Part shown: one piece after another, positions 9,405 to 17,720 of the stretch
Layout: each line of letters starts with the position of its first letter
How positions within the stretch are numbered: position 1 is the first letter of the stretch
NCBI GenBank assembly: GCA_025449905.1
Contig: JANWIN010000012.1
Span: 109,318 to 173,317 of the forward strand
From: Candidatus Saccharimonadales bacterium
GTDB lineage: Bacteria; Patescibacteriota; Saccharimonadia; Saccharimonadales; JANWIN01
Reading direction: 5' to 3'
Length of the DNA stretch: 64,000 nt
Translations under genes and position numbers: made by a program
The notes under the pieces: generated by a model
The model's database searches: none
The model's input: the letters and a program-made list of their open reading frames with translations, nothing else
Told to the model about the DNA's origin: nothing

Positions 9405-10702
9405 AACTTATTTACCGCTTCTCTAAATTGGTTACCACGCTCCTCAAAGTTTTTAAACATGTCAAGACTGGCAAAACCTGGCGATAAAACCACGGCGCCA
9501 CCTGTTATTGCTAAGTCACGGGCTTCTTTAACAATTTCGGACATAGTCCTACTAGTTGAAAGCTGATAGGCGGTAAAACCAGACTTGACTAGACTTTCCG
9601 ATACCCGCTTGGCTGAAGCCCCAATTAATAAAACTTTATGTACGGAACTACTATTTTTAATTTGTTCTGCAAGATTTTGTAGATTCAAGCCTCGCTCGAA
9701 GCCACCAATTATGATGACTTTTTGTTTTGGTATGGCATCAATAGCAGCAATCGTAGCCTCTGGACCAGAAGAGAAGGAGTCATTGTAATAGTCTACATCT
9801 TCAAAAGTCCGCACCAACTCTAGGCGGTTTGGCAGACCGCTAAATTCTGTGATGGCTTTTCTAAGAGCGTCGGGGTTGGGGCTGAGCTGCCACACTGCAG
9901 TCACCGCGGCACAAACATTTTGCCAGTTGTGCTTGCCGAGCAGTTTTATCTCGCTGATGTCGCAAATGGTGTGGCCTTCAATGACGACTTTATTTTCAAT
10001 AACGTCAGCGCCGGGCGTGTGCATATATGGGATCTTATGACCCTTGCTGACGCTGGCAATATGAGTTGAGTATTGATTTTGAGCGAAGTATATAGCAAAG
10101 TCGTCAACATTTTGATGAATGAAGAGCTGCTGCTTGGCGGTTATGTATTCGTTGACGTCAGCATGCCAATCCAAGTGCTCTTCAACAACCATTAGACAAA
10201 CGGCAACCGACGGCGAGTAGCGAAGATCAATAAGCTGAAAGTTGGCTAGTTCCAAGATAACCCAGTCGTCGGTTTGAATACTGGCTTTTAACATATCAAG
10301 TGGCGGTTTACCGATGTTGCCTCCTAGATGAACTTTTTTGCCTTCGGCTTCTAACATTTTGACAATCAGGGTTGAAGTTGTTCCTTTGCCTTTAGTACCA
10401 GTTACGCCAATGATATTTTTACTGGGACTAACCCGAAAAAATTCGTTAGTGACGCTGGTAACTTTTTTATAAATTTCCGCTGAATTAGCGGCAACAATAT
10501 CCGCCGGATGAACGATTGGTGAGCGAACAATAAGGTCAAACTGGTCAAGATTTTTTAAATGTTCTGGACCCAGCTGTTTTTGCACATCAGATGGTAGGTC
10601 TAGATTTTCATCTTGGTCACAAATAGTAACCTCGTTGCCATTTTTCCAATATTCATAGGCCGAGCGACCCTGCTTGCCAAAGCCCAGTATGGCGACTTTC
10701 AT
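9401..10702 (-). CDS. murD: UDP-N-acetylmuramoyl-L-alanine--glutamate ligase (MurD or MurD2)
   Basis: Rossmann-like N-terminus MKVAILGFGKQG and Mur-ligase P-loop GVTGTKGKGTTSTL, with a typical 433-aa length. Confidence 0.85.
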   Translation of the reverse strand: MKVAILGFGKQGRSAYEYWKNGNEVTICDQDENLDLPSDVQKQLGPEHLKNLDQFDLIVRSPIVHPADIVAANSAEIYKKVTSVTNEFFRVSPSKNIIGVTGTKGKGTTSTLIVKMLEAEGKKVHLGGNIGKPPLDMLKASIQTDDWVILELANFQLIDLRYSPSVAVCLMVVEEHLDWHADVNEYITAKQQLFIHQNVDDFAIYFAQNQYSTHIASVSKGHKIPYMHTPGADVIENKVVIEGHTICDISEIKLLGKHNWQNVCAAVTAVWQLSPNPDALRKAITEFSGLPNRLELVRTFEDVDYYNDSFSSGPEATIAAIDAIPKQKVIIIGGFERGLNLQNLAEQIKNSSSVHKVLLIGASAKRVSESLVKSGFTAYQLSTSRTMSEIVKEARDLAITGGAVVLSPGFASLDMFKNFEERGNQFREAVNKL

Positions 10703-10714
10703 CCCGTCAGAAAT

Positions 10715-10737
10715 CCAATCTTCTGCCAGAAGATTGG
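10715..10737 (-). terminator. perfect 11-bp-arm palindrome between the receiver gene and murD (terminator or attenuator candidate)
   Basis: CCAATCTTCTG-C-CAGAAGATTGG. It lies between the stop of the upstream minus-strand gene (10795) and the murD start (10702). Only a weak T-tract follows. Confidence 0.4.
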
Positions 10738-10794
10738 CAGATTTGATTCCTGATCAAATGCTTATTTCCTACGGGATTCATAACTGTTATTCTA

Positions 10795-11226
10795 TCAAGT
10801 TTGTGGAGGATTAGTTGGCGCTGGGTTGGGCGGAGCTGGCGGCGCGGTGTTTTGGCTTAATTGCTTCTTGACCAGTTCAGCCACTTGGCGGGGGGTCATA
10901 TCAGCTTTTAGAATAAAGGCGCTAACCCCTAGCTGTTTAATATTTTCTGGAACTTCCTGTTCGCCCATGTTGGTTAATATTACCACCTTGATGTTTTTGC
11001 CCCACGGCAGTTTGCGCAGTTCCCCCAACATAACGTCGCCGTTCATTTCCGGCATCATCAAATCAAGCAAAATAATATCGGGCCGCATTTTTTCAGCTAG
11101 GGCCAATCCTAACTTGCCATTTTCGGCAGTTTCAACTTCATAGCCATTAGCCTCGAACTTAATTCGATACATCTGGCTGATAGCCTGGTCATCCTCAATT
11201 ATTGCGATCTTTGGCACTGCGCTCAT
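10795..11226 (-). CDS. stand-alone response regulator receiver protein with Pro-rich tail
   Basis: CheY-like receiver: IAIIEDD, phospho-acceptor context DIILLDLMMPEMNG, and KVVILT. It has no output domain and ends in a PAPPNPAPTNPPQT tail. Confidence 0.85.
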   Translation of the reverse strand: MSAVPKIAIIEDDQAISQMYRIKFEANGYEVETAENGKLGLALAEKMRPDIILLDLMMPEMNGDVMLGELRKLPWGKNIKVVILTNMGEQEVPENIKQLGVSAFILKADMTPRQVAELVKKQLSQNTAPPAPPNPAPTNPPQT

Positions 11227-11315
11227 ATTACACCGCCGTAAAACGCTCGTCTAGGATAGCGGTTGTGTTTAATCTGGATTTTGCTATCATAAACTTGACT
11301 AGTTAAAATAAAGAT

Positions 11316-11789
11316 ATGGTTATACACATTGCAGCCGGTACAGGAACAGGGCCTACGAAAATGGCGGCCTTTGATGCGGCCCTACTTAAAGCCGGCATAG
11401 CCAACCATAACTTGATACGGCTTAGTTCAATAGTTCCGCCGGCAAGCGAAATCGCTGTGCATGATGGGCCGATAACAGAAAAACTTGGAGAATGGGGAGA
11501 CAGGCTATATATAGTAATGGCCGATATGCGGGTGGCCTCGCCAAACGTAGAAGCCTGGGCTGGCATAGGCTGGACGCAGGATAAAGAAACCGGCAAAGGA
11601 TTATTTGTCGAACACGAAGGCGCTAACGAAGAAACTGTTAAGCGAGATATTCAGCAAAGTCTTGAGGCCTTAATGAGAAATCGCAAAGTAGATTTTGGGC
11701 CTATAAGTATGAAGGTTGTGGGGAAGACTTGTCTGCATGAACCAGTTTGCGCATTGGTAATTGCGGCTTTTAAAGCCGAAGACTGGTAA
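11316..11789 (+). CDS. pdaD: pyruvoyl-dependent arginine decarboxylase
   Basis: AAGTGTGPTKMAAFDAALLKAGIANHNLIRLSSIVP matches the PvlArgDC family, including the Ser-Ser self-cleavage site. The length is 157 aa. Confidence 0.85.
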   Translation: MVIHIAAGTGTGPTKMAAFDAALLKAGIANHNLIRLSSIVPPASEIAVHDGPITEKLGEWGDRLYIVMADMRVASPNVEAWAGIGWTQDKETGKGLFVEHEGANEETVKRDIQQSLEALMRNRKVDFGPISMKVVGKTCLHEPVCALVIAAFKAEDW

Positions 11790-11857
11790 TAAACACTGAC
11801 CATTGTGAATAGATAAGTGTTGCTATTGGCTGACTAAAACCGTACTTTATAAGGTAA

Positions 11858-12757
11858 ATGGATTGGTTTTTACTAGCCCTACTTGCCCCGCTTTTTTTTG
11901 CCGTAGTAAATTTAATAGACGATAACCTAATTCATCATGTCTATCGGGGGCCTTATTTTGCGGTGATTATTTCGGGTTTGTTTGGTGCCATACCTTTAAT
12001 TAGCCTGCTTTTTAAAGAATTAGAACCGCTTTCTGCTAGCTTAGCAGTCGCGGGTATGACAGCCGGTTTTCTAACCGCCGTTTATTACTATTTTTATTTC
12101 AAGGCTTTAGAGGTTGAGTATCCATCGGTGGTTATTGCCATGTTTAGTCTAACACCGGCGACGGTGCCGATACTGGCTTACTTTTTCTTGGATGAACGAC
12201 TATCTTACATGCAGCTTCTCGGCTTCATGATAGTTTTACTAGCTTCCCTGGGACTTGCTTTAACAGAAGTTAAAAAGATGAAATTTACAAAAGCCTTAGT
12301 ACCAGTCCTGATTGCAGCCTCGATATTTGATGTTGTTGCCATACTCTCAAAATATACTTATGACCACACCACTTTTTATAACGGCTACATGCTTTTTAGC
12401 CTGGGCATGGGACTGGGCGCTCTGTTTTTCATGTTCATACTTAGGTATCTAAAGACTGAAAATGTTCTCAAGGACTTGAAGCGAAACTCATTTAAGATAA
12501 TAACTTTAATGGTTATTGCCGAGGCTATCGCTATTGCCGCTGAATTTACCCAAAACCTAGCTATTAGCCGCGGCCCGGTATCTCTAGTAAAAGTCATTGA
12601 AGGCATCCAGCCAATCTACGTACTACTCATAGCGCTAATTTTCTATCCGGTTGTTCCAAAATATTTCCGCGAAGCCAAAGAAGGCAACTTGGTAAAGAAA
12701 TTTTCACTTATGGCCATGATTGTTTTTGGTTTGTACCTGATCAGTACCACGGTCTAG
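11858..12757 (+). CDS. EamA/DMT-family transporter
   Basis: About 10 predicted TM helices in two similar halves, and a 299-aa length typical of DMT permeases. Confidence 0.7.
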   Translation: MDWFLLALLAPLFFAVVNLIDDNLIHHVYRGPYFAVIISGLFGAIPLISLLFKELEPLSASLAVAGMTAGFLTAVYYYFYFKALEVEYPSVVIAMFSLTPATVPILAYFFLDERLSYMQLLGFMIVLLASLGLALTEVKKMKFTKALVPVLIAASIFDVVAILSKYTYDHTTFYNGYMLFSLGMGLGALFFMFILRYLKTENVLKDLKRNSFKIITLMVIAEAIAIAAEFTQNLAISRGPVSLVKVIEGIQPIYVLLIALIFYPVVPKYFREAKEGNLVKKFSLMAMIVFGLYLISTTV

Positions 12758-13647
12758 ACCTTACTGGTCACAGTATATTTTTTTAAGAAAAACTCTGGGC
12801 GATAGGCTAATTTGGATTTCTTCAGTCGCTCAATGCCCAAATCTTGTTCCCAATTTAGATATTTGCACTCGTAATCTAGAAGTTTCTCGGCGGCTTTATA
12901 AGCCAGAAAAGTAGGAGTGTAAGCTGGCACGTGGCTGGCTTTTTCCAAGTGAGCAATAGCATAGTCGCTTGATAAAATCTCTTGAATAGAACAACCAATA
13001 ATTTTATCTTCTAAGCCGATAGTAATAAAAAGTAGATCAAGGCTAGCAGCATGAGAAAGTAGTCGTTTTAGCATGATACTTTCAGTGGCAGAATCGGCTG
13101 GTGATTGGTGGGCGATTTGAGCCCACTCTTCGAACAAGACTAGAATTTGTTCGGCCTGATGATGGGTCGGCACTTTAAAATGGTTTATTTGCAGATTGGT
13201 GGTTTGTTGCCGCTGGAAGGCATTTAGCTTATGTCTTATTTTTTTATATCTATCGCCTTCTAGTTTCATAAAATCGGCCAAATTATATATGTAGTCGTGA
13301 TTATTAAAATCTTCTTCGACCTTAAATCGAGTAGGATCTTTAATTGCTTGAACTGTAGTTTCAGGAACCATCTCTAACTTGTCGCTGTCAGCAAGCAGCT
13401 TGGCTAGCGAATTATCAATTTTGTTTTCACCAAGTAACGATGTCATCAGTTTGCCGCTAGCGTAGTGAGGTAGTTTAATTACCAGGTTGTCATTTAAAAG
13501 CGAAACTTTGGTTAAATCATCTGCATCCCACGTAAACAAACTAGTGAAGTTAAAATCTGAGTATGGGGGGAAATTTTTACTAAATTCGTCAATTTCTGCC
13601 TTATGGCTGATTTTAAGCTTAGAAAAAGCCGGATATTTTTTAATCAT
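12754..13647 (-). CDS. DUF2156-domain protein (MprF C-terminal-like, aminoacyl-tRNA-dependent transferase fold)
   Basis: Matches to the DUF2156 pattern: NFTSLFTWD, DYIYNLADFMKLEGDRYKKIRHKLNAF, and NWEQDLGIERLKKSKLAYRP. Confidence 0.65.
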   Translation of the reverse strand: MIKKYPAFSKLKISHKAEIDEFSKNFPPYSDFNFTSLFTWDADDLTKVSLLNDNLVIKLPHYASGKLMTSLLGENKIDNSLAKLLADSDKLEMVPETTVQAIKDPTRFKVEEDFNNHDYIYNLADFMKLEGDRYKKIRHKLNAFQRQQTTNLQINHFKVPTHHQAEQILVLFEEWAQIAHQSPADSATESIMLKRLLSHAASLDLLFITIGLEDKIIGCSIQEILSSDYAIAHLEKASHVPAYTPTFLAYKAAEKLLDYECKYLNWEQDLGIERLKKSKLAYRPEFFLKKYTVTSKV

Positions 13648-13747
13648 GTCTTTATTTTAATTATAGTGATTTTTTTAAACAAAGCGCACCCTAAAGTTTA
13701 ATCGGTTTATTGCTCAGTCCCTTTCTGTTAAAATTAACAAAAGAAGT

Positions 13748-14626
13748 TTGGGAATGAAAAGAAATAAATTATTGGTTATCACCGCGTCGCTAATCTTTGC
13801 GGTTTTTTTTGGCTTTTGGATAGTACTGGGCGCTAAAGGCTGGCGAGGTGAAAGTGATCAAGCTGAACTATTTAGTGCACTTTACGGTCTCATGGCCCTG
13901 TTTGGCGGCGTCGCGGGTTTATTTATCAGCAAGAAATGGGGTGGCCATAAAAGTTATATTGGACGGGCGGTTCTACTTGTTTCGTTGGGGTTGTTGGCCC
14001 AAGAATTTGGTCAAATCACCTATTCTGCTTATACCTATCTGTTTCACCAGGAAATTCCTTATCCCTCACTTGGTGACCTTGGCTATTTTGGCAGTGTTAT
14101 TTTCTACATTTTTGCAGTCATTAACATTATTAAAGCCACGTCACTCAAAATTAGTTTAGGTTCACTTAAGAAAAAAACTGTAGTAGTACTGATTCCACTC
14201 GCCTTATTGGCCGGTTCTTATTTTATGTTTTTAAGGGGTTACGAATTTGATTTTAGTCAGCCGCTGACGGTCTTTCTAGATTTAGGCTACCCCTTAGGAC
14301 AAGCCTTCTACATTGCGCTGGCTATTTTAGCGTTTTTACTATCGCGAAAATATTTAGGCGGATTAATGCGACCGGTCATATTGTTTTTACTTTTCGCTTT
14401 AGTCTGGCAGTACGCAGCTGACTTCACATTTTTATATCAAGTAAGTCGAGAAACATGGGAAACTGGTGGCAGCAATGAACTTATATATTTAATAGCTTAT
14501 TTTGTCATGACCCTAGCCCTGGTTCGCTTCAACGTAGTTATAAGTAAGCTCTCGGGTAAAAAAGATGATATTGATGAACTTGAAGCTACCAAAAGCCAAA
14601 AACAACCCTTACAGGAGGCAGTATGA
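13748..14626 (+). CDS. polytopic membrane protein, unknown function
   Basis: 292-aa ORF with about 8 hydrophobic helices. The start is TTG in the track, with an in-frame ATG at 13754. Confidence 0.6.
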   Translation: MGMKRNKLLVITASLIFAVFFGFWIVLGAKGWRGESDQAELFSALYGLMALFGGVAGLFISKKWGGHKSYIGRAVLLVSLGLLAQEFGQITYSAYTYLFHQEIPYPSLGDLGYFGSVIFYIFAVINIIKATSLKISLGSLKKKTVVVLIPLALLAGSYFMFLRGYEFDFSQPLTVFLDLGYPLGQAFYIALAILAFLLSRKYLGGLMRPVILFLLFALVWQYAADFTFLYQVSRETWETGGSNELIYLIAYFVMTLALVRFNVVISKLSGKKDDIDELEATKSQKQPLQEAV

Positions 14627-14970
14627 TGGCCGGCCCAACAGTCCCTCCAAAGCTAAATCCCGCACAAGACGCTACTGGCACCAATAACTCTACAGCTATT
14701 TTTGATCAAATCGCAACGAGAATTATTAAACAACAAGAGGCCATTATTGGTCCGGTGGCAATTGAACAGGCTAAAAAAGTTCAAGGTATCAACGTAGATT
14801 GGGTGCAACATGAAGTCGATATTAAAGGCAATCCGCAAAGTGCTATTGATGGCCTGGTCAAACAGTATAAAGAGTTATTTGGCCAAATTGCCGTAGAAAC
14901 CTGTAAGCAAGCTGCGGCCGGTATGCTAGCAAAACTTGGCCAAGACCAGGTTCCGGCTTCGCTGAAGTAG
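14623..14970 (+). CDS. hypothetical soluble protein
   Basis: 115-aa ORF whose start overlaps the upstream stop (ATGA), placing it in an operon with the membrane protein and kinase genes. Confidence 0.5.
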   Translation: MMAGPTVPPKLNPAQDATGTNNSTAIFDQIATRIIKQQEAIIGPVAIEQAKKVQGINVDWVQHEVDIKGNPQSAIDGLVKQYKELFGQIAVETCKQAAAGMLAKLGQDQVPASLK

Positions 14971-15012
14971 TAAAAACGCTTATACTAGTTATGGTAATGA
15001 GGCCTTATCTAG

Positions 15013-16488
15013 GTGGCTGACATAATTAATCCAAAACCAAACATTATTGGGCGGCGCAAACAGCTGGAGGCTGATCTTGAGCATGTTACTCAGGAGATGT
15101 ACCGCCGCAACAAAGAGTTGGTTGATATCAACCGTACTCTGTCGCTACTGCGCACCATTGATAATTTGGTGCTCGGTTCGCGCCAGTCACTTCATATTTT
15201 ATGTGAGCAAATTGCCTCATCAATTGCCGCCACCGCCGAATATCCGTTTGTGGCCATTTTGGCCCGACCGGCCATAGATAATCTAGCCAAAGAACTTCAG
15301 GTATATGGCTGGGGCTTAGGCGGTGAACTTCAGAACGAAGATTTGAGCGACCTATCTAAAATTAGAGTTAGTCCAGATAACCCCTGGTTAAAAGCCAACA
15401 CTAAATCAGCACTGGTGAATTTAAGCCAAATTCCAAAGGAACAAATAGCCAGCTATTTAGGCTGCTCGGTAGAAGTAGTAACTAATCTGCAGGCGGCCTT
15501 ACCCTTGAATTCGGCATATGTGACTAAGCTAATGGCCCGCGAAGGTTTGGTAGGGCTAATGGTGGTTTGCTTTGGCGAAACCATTACTGTCCTAGACCAA
15601 TCAACTAATTTGCTTTTGGAGCGTTTAAGCGAAGCCGTCGGTATCGCCATAGATAACAAACTACTATTTGAAGAAAACCAATATGTATTAAAGCAACTTC
15701 AGCAAAACAACCAAAAACTGCGGGAATTGGACGAAACCAAAGATGAATTCATCAGCATGGCCTCGCATCAGCTTCGGACGCCGCTGACCTCTGTTAAGGG
15801 CTATGTTAGCATGGTTTTAGAAGGCGACGCTGGCCAGATAACCAAACAACAAAGCCAGTTATTAAATCAGGCTTTTGTTAGTGCTCAACGGATGGTTTAC
15901 TTGATTGCCGATCTGTTAAATGTCTCACGTCTAAAAACCGGCAAATTTGTTATTCAGTGGCAGCAAACCCAGCTAGCCGATGTTATAGAGGGCGAAATAG
16001 CCCAATTAACCGCCACCGCCAAAGGCCGAAAGCTGGAGATGGTTTATCATAAACCAACTAATTTCCCGATAATCTGGTTGGACGAAACCAAGATTCGCCA
16101 AGTGATTATGAACTTTGCCGATAACGCCATCTATTACACGCCAGCTGGCGGCCATATTGATATCAATCTAGTGGATAAAGGTGAAACGATAGAATTTACA
16201 GTGGTAGATAACGGCATTGGTGTGCCTAAAAGCGAGCAAAAAAGCATGTTTACCAAGTTTTATAGAGCAGCCAATGCTCAAAAAGCCCGCCCCGATGGCA
16301 CCGGACTGGGACTATTTATGGCCCAAAAAGTCATTGTCGCTCAAGGTGGAGCCGTGATATTTCACTCCGAAGAGGGCAAAGGCAGTACTTTTGGCTTTAG
16401 TTTTGCCAAAGCCAAGCTGGAAGAATTAGCCAAAACACCCCAAACAAAACCGGCTGCACCACCCCCGCAACCGCCCAAAACAGCTTAA
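15013..16488 (+). CDS. cytoplasmic sensor histidine kinase (GAF-like N-terminal region)
   Basis: H-box SMASHQLRTPLTSVKGY, N-box NAIYYT and G-box GTGLGLFMA. GTG start. Pro-rich C-terminal tail. Confidence 0.85.
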   Translation: MADIINPKPNIIGRRKQLEADLEHVTQEMYRRNKELVDINRTLSLLRTIDNLVLGSRQSLHILCEQIASSIAATAEYPFVAILARPAIDNLAKELQVYGWGLGGELQNEDLSDLSKIRVSPDNPWLKANTKSALVNLSQIPKEQIASYLGCSVEVVTNLQAALPLNSAYVTKLMAREGLVGLMVVCFGETITVLDQSTNLLLERLSEAVGIAIDNKLLFEENQYVLKQLQQNNQKLRELDETKDEFISMASHQLRTPLTSVKGYVSMVLEGDAGQITKQQSQLLNQAFVSAQRMVYLIADLLNVSRLKTGKFVIQWQQTQLADVIEGEIAQLTATAKGRKLEMVYHKPTNFPIIWLDETKIRQVIMNFADNAIYYTPAGGHIDINLVDKGETIEFTVVDNGIGVPKSEQKSMFTKFYRAANAQKARPDGTGLGLFMAQKVIVAQGGAVIFHSEEGKGSTFGFSFAKAKLEELAKTPQTKPAAPPPQPPKTA

Positions 16489-16524
16489 AATGCTTGTGTT
16501 TTTACGAAAATATTATAAAAAGTA

Positions 16525-16553
16525 TTGACAATAATAAACGCTTGTGGTAGAGT
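16525..16553 (+). promoter_or_regulatory. sigma70-like promoter TTGACA-N17-TAGAGT
   Basis: TTGACA at 16525-16530, a 17-nt spacer, and TAGAGT at 16548-16553. It lies upstream of the surface-protein gene pair. Confidence 0.5.
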
Positions 16554-16565
16554 AGTTATGTTAAT

Positions 16566-16636
16566 GGTGGGCTACCTCTATACAACAGAGGTGGGAATTA
16601 TTTAACAGAGGTGGAACTTCGGTTCCAATAAGGGAG
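16566..16636 (+). promoter_or_regulatory. structured 5' leader with duplicated AACAGAGGTGG motif and a UUCG-capped hairpin
   Basis: CTACCTCT (16572-16579) can pair with AGAGGTGG of repeat 1 (16587-16594) or with the same sequence in repeat 2 (16607-16614). GGAAC-TTCG-GTTCC lies at 16613-16626 and the SD AGGGAG at 16631-16636. Confidence 0.35.
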
Positions 16637-16646
16637 AAATAATTAT

Positions 16647-17696
16647 ATGACACATGCAAGTCCAGAAGTAGCAATCCAACCACACGTTGGCGAAACGCAA
16701 CTTCCTTTACCTGATCAAGCGCAATTAAATGCTTTTGACCGTGCTCGAGAATGGGCGCGTGGCAAATTACTGCCAATTGCCTTATCTGCAGGTCTAGCAA
16801 TAGGCGCAGTTGCTTGCGGCGAAAGCGGTGCTGATACAACCAAAGCTCATGAAAAAGACCCCATTGGTTTAGCTCCGACTGAAGCATGTCCCACAAGCTG
16901 GGAAATACACGATCTTAACAATGCTGGCAACAGGTTATTTGCAGATGGTATTCCTAAAATTTGGACTGCCGAGACTGACGATCAAGCACGAGAAGCTATG
17001 GATGATGTTATGTCAGCAGCACAAGCCGACCCTGAAATTTTTGCTGGATTTATAAAAGCAACTATAGGCGAAGATATTGATCCTACTACCTTAGCTGATG
17101 CAGAGCGCAAGTGTGCTACTCCATTGGCTCAGCAAAAAACAACCCAAGTAGTTACATATCTTGCTCAGAGTAGAATGTCACCGGATCAAGCTCCGGCTAA
17201 CGGCTTAAACAGTGGCGCAAACGCTGCAACTGGTGAAGTAACCCAAGCTTATCAGCCTGGAATTAGCGGTGATCGCAAAGCAATTAGGATTGTGGGTCCA
17301 GACGGTAAAGAGTTTTGGGTAATGGCCCGGTGCGGAAACATAGTTGTTCTTACGCCAATATTTCCTCCTGGCCCAACCGAAGAACAAGAAACCCCTCCTA
17401 CAACTACAACCATTCCTAACACTCCAACAACAACTGTCCCTGGCCCTAAACCACCTACAGACTTTGAATATCAGCAGAACCAGACACCTGCTCGACAAAA
17501 CCCTCAAAATAATACTACTTCCGGTGTGCCGGTTGGCCCTACCCCAGGTGCTCCTAGTGTAGCCCCTCCTCCTGCAGGTCGCCCAGAAGGTGACCCTAAT
17601 GGTGGTAGCGGAGATGGCGGCGCAACACCTGAAGGCCCTGTGGATCACACACATGGCGGCGATGAAACTAGTGGAACGGTTCCAACACCAGCTTAA
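16647..17696 (+). CDS. secreted Pro/Thr-rich protein, possible lipoprotein
   Basis: The hydrophobic segment LLPIALSAGLAIGAVAC ends in Cys (lipobox-like). The C-terminal third is low-complexity P/T/G-rich. Confidence 0.6.
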   Translation: MTHASPEVAIQPHVGETQLPLPDQAQLNAFDRAREWARGKLLPIALSAGLAIGAVACGESGADTTKAHEKDPIGLAPTEACPTSWEIHDLNNAGNRLFADGIPKIWTAETDDQAREAMDDVMSAAQADPEIFAGFIKATIGEDIDPTTLADAERKCATPLAQQKTTQVVTYLAQSRMSPDQAPANGLNSGANAATGEVTQAYQPGISGDRKAIRIVGPDGKEFWVMARCGNIVVLTPIFPPGPTEEQETPPTTTTIPNTPTTTVPGPKPPTDFEYQQNQTPARQNPQNNTTSGVPVGPTPGAPSVAPPPAGRPEGDPNGGSGDGGATPEGPVDHTHGGDETSGTVPTPA

Positions 17697-17720
17697 GGCA
17701 AAGTAAAGGAGAATAATTAG

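Noticed and set aside
16561-16896. 111-aa minus-strand ORF
   Set aside because: It covers the promoter-proximal leader and the 5' end of the better-supported plus-strand secreted-protein gene, and has no start context.
17205-17654. 149-aa minus-strand ORF and 72-aa plus-strand ORF inside the Pro/Thr-rich gene
   Set aside because: They lie antisense or out of frame to a low-complexity coding region and translate to Cys/Arg-rich nonsense-like sequence. There is no RBS or promoter evidence.
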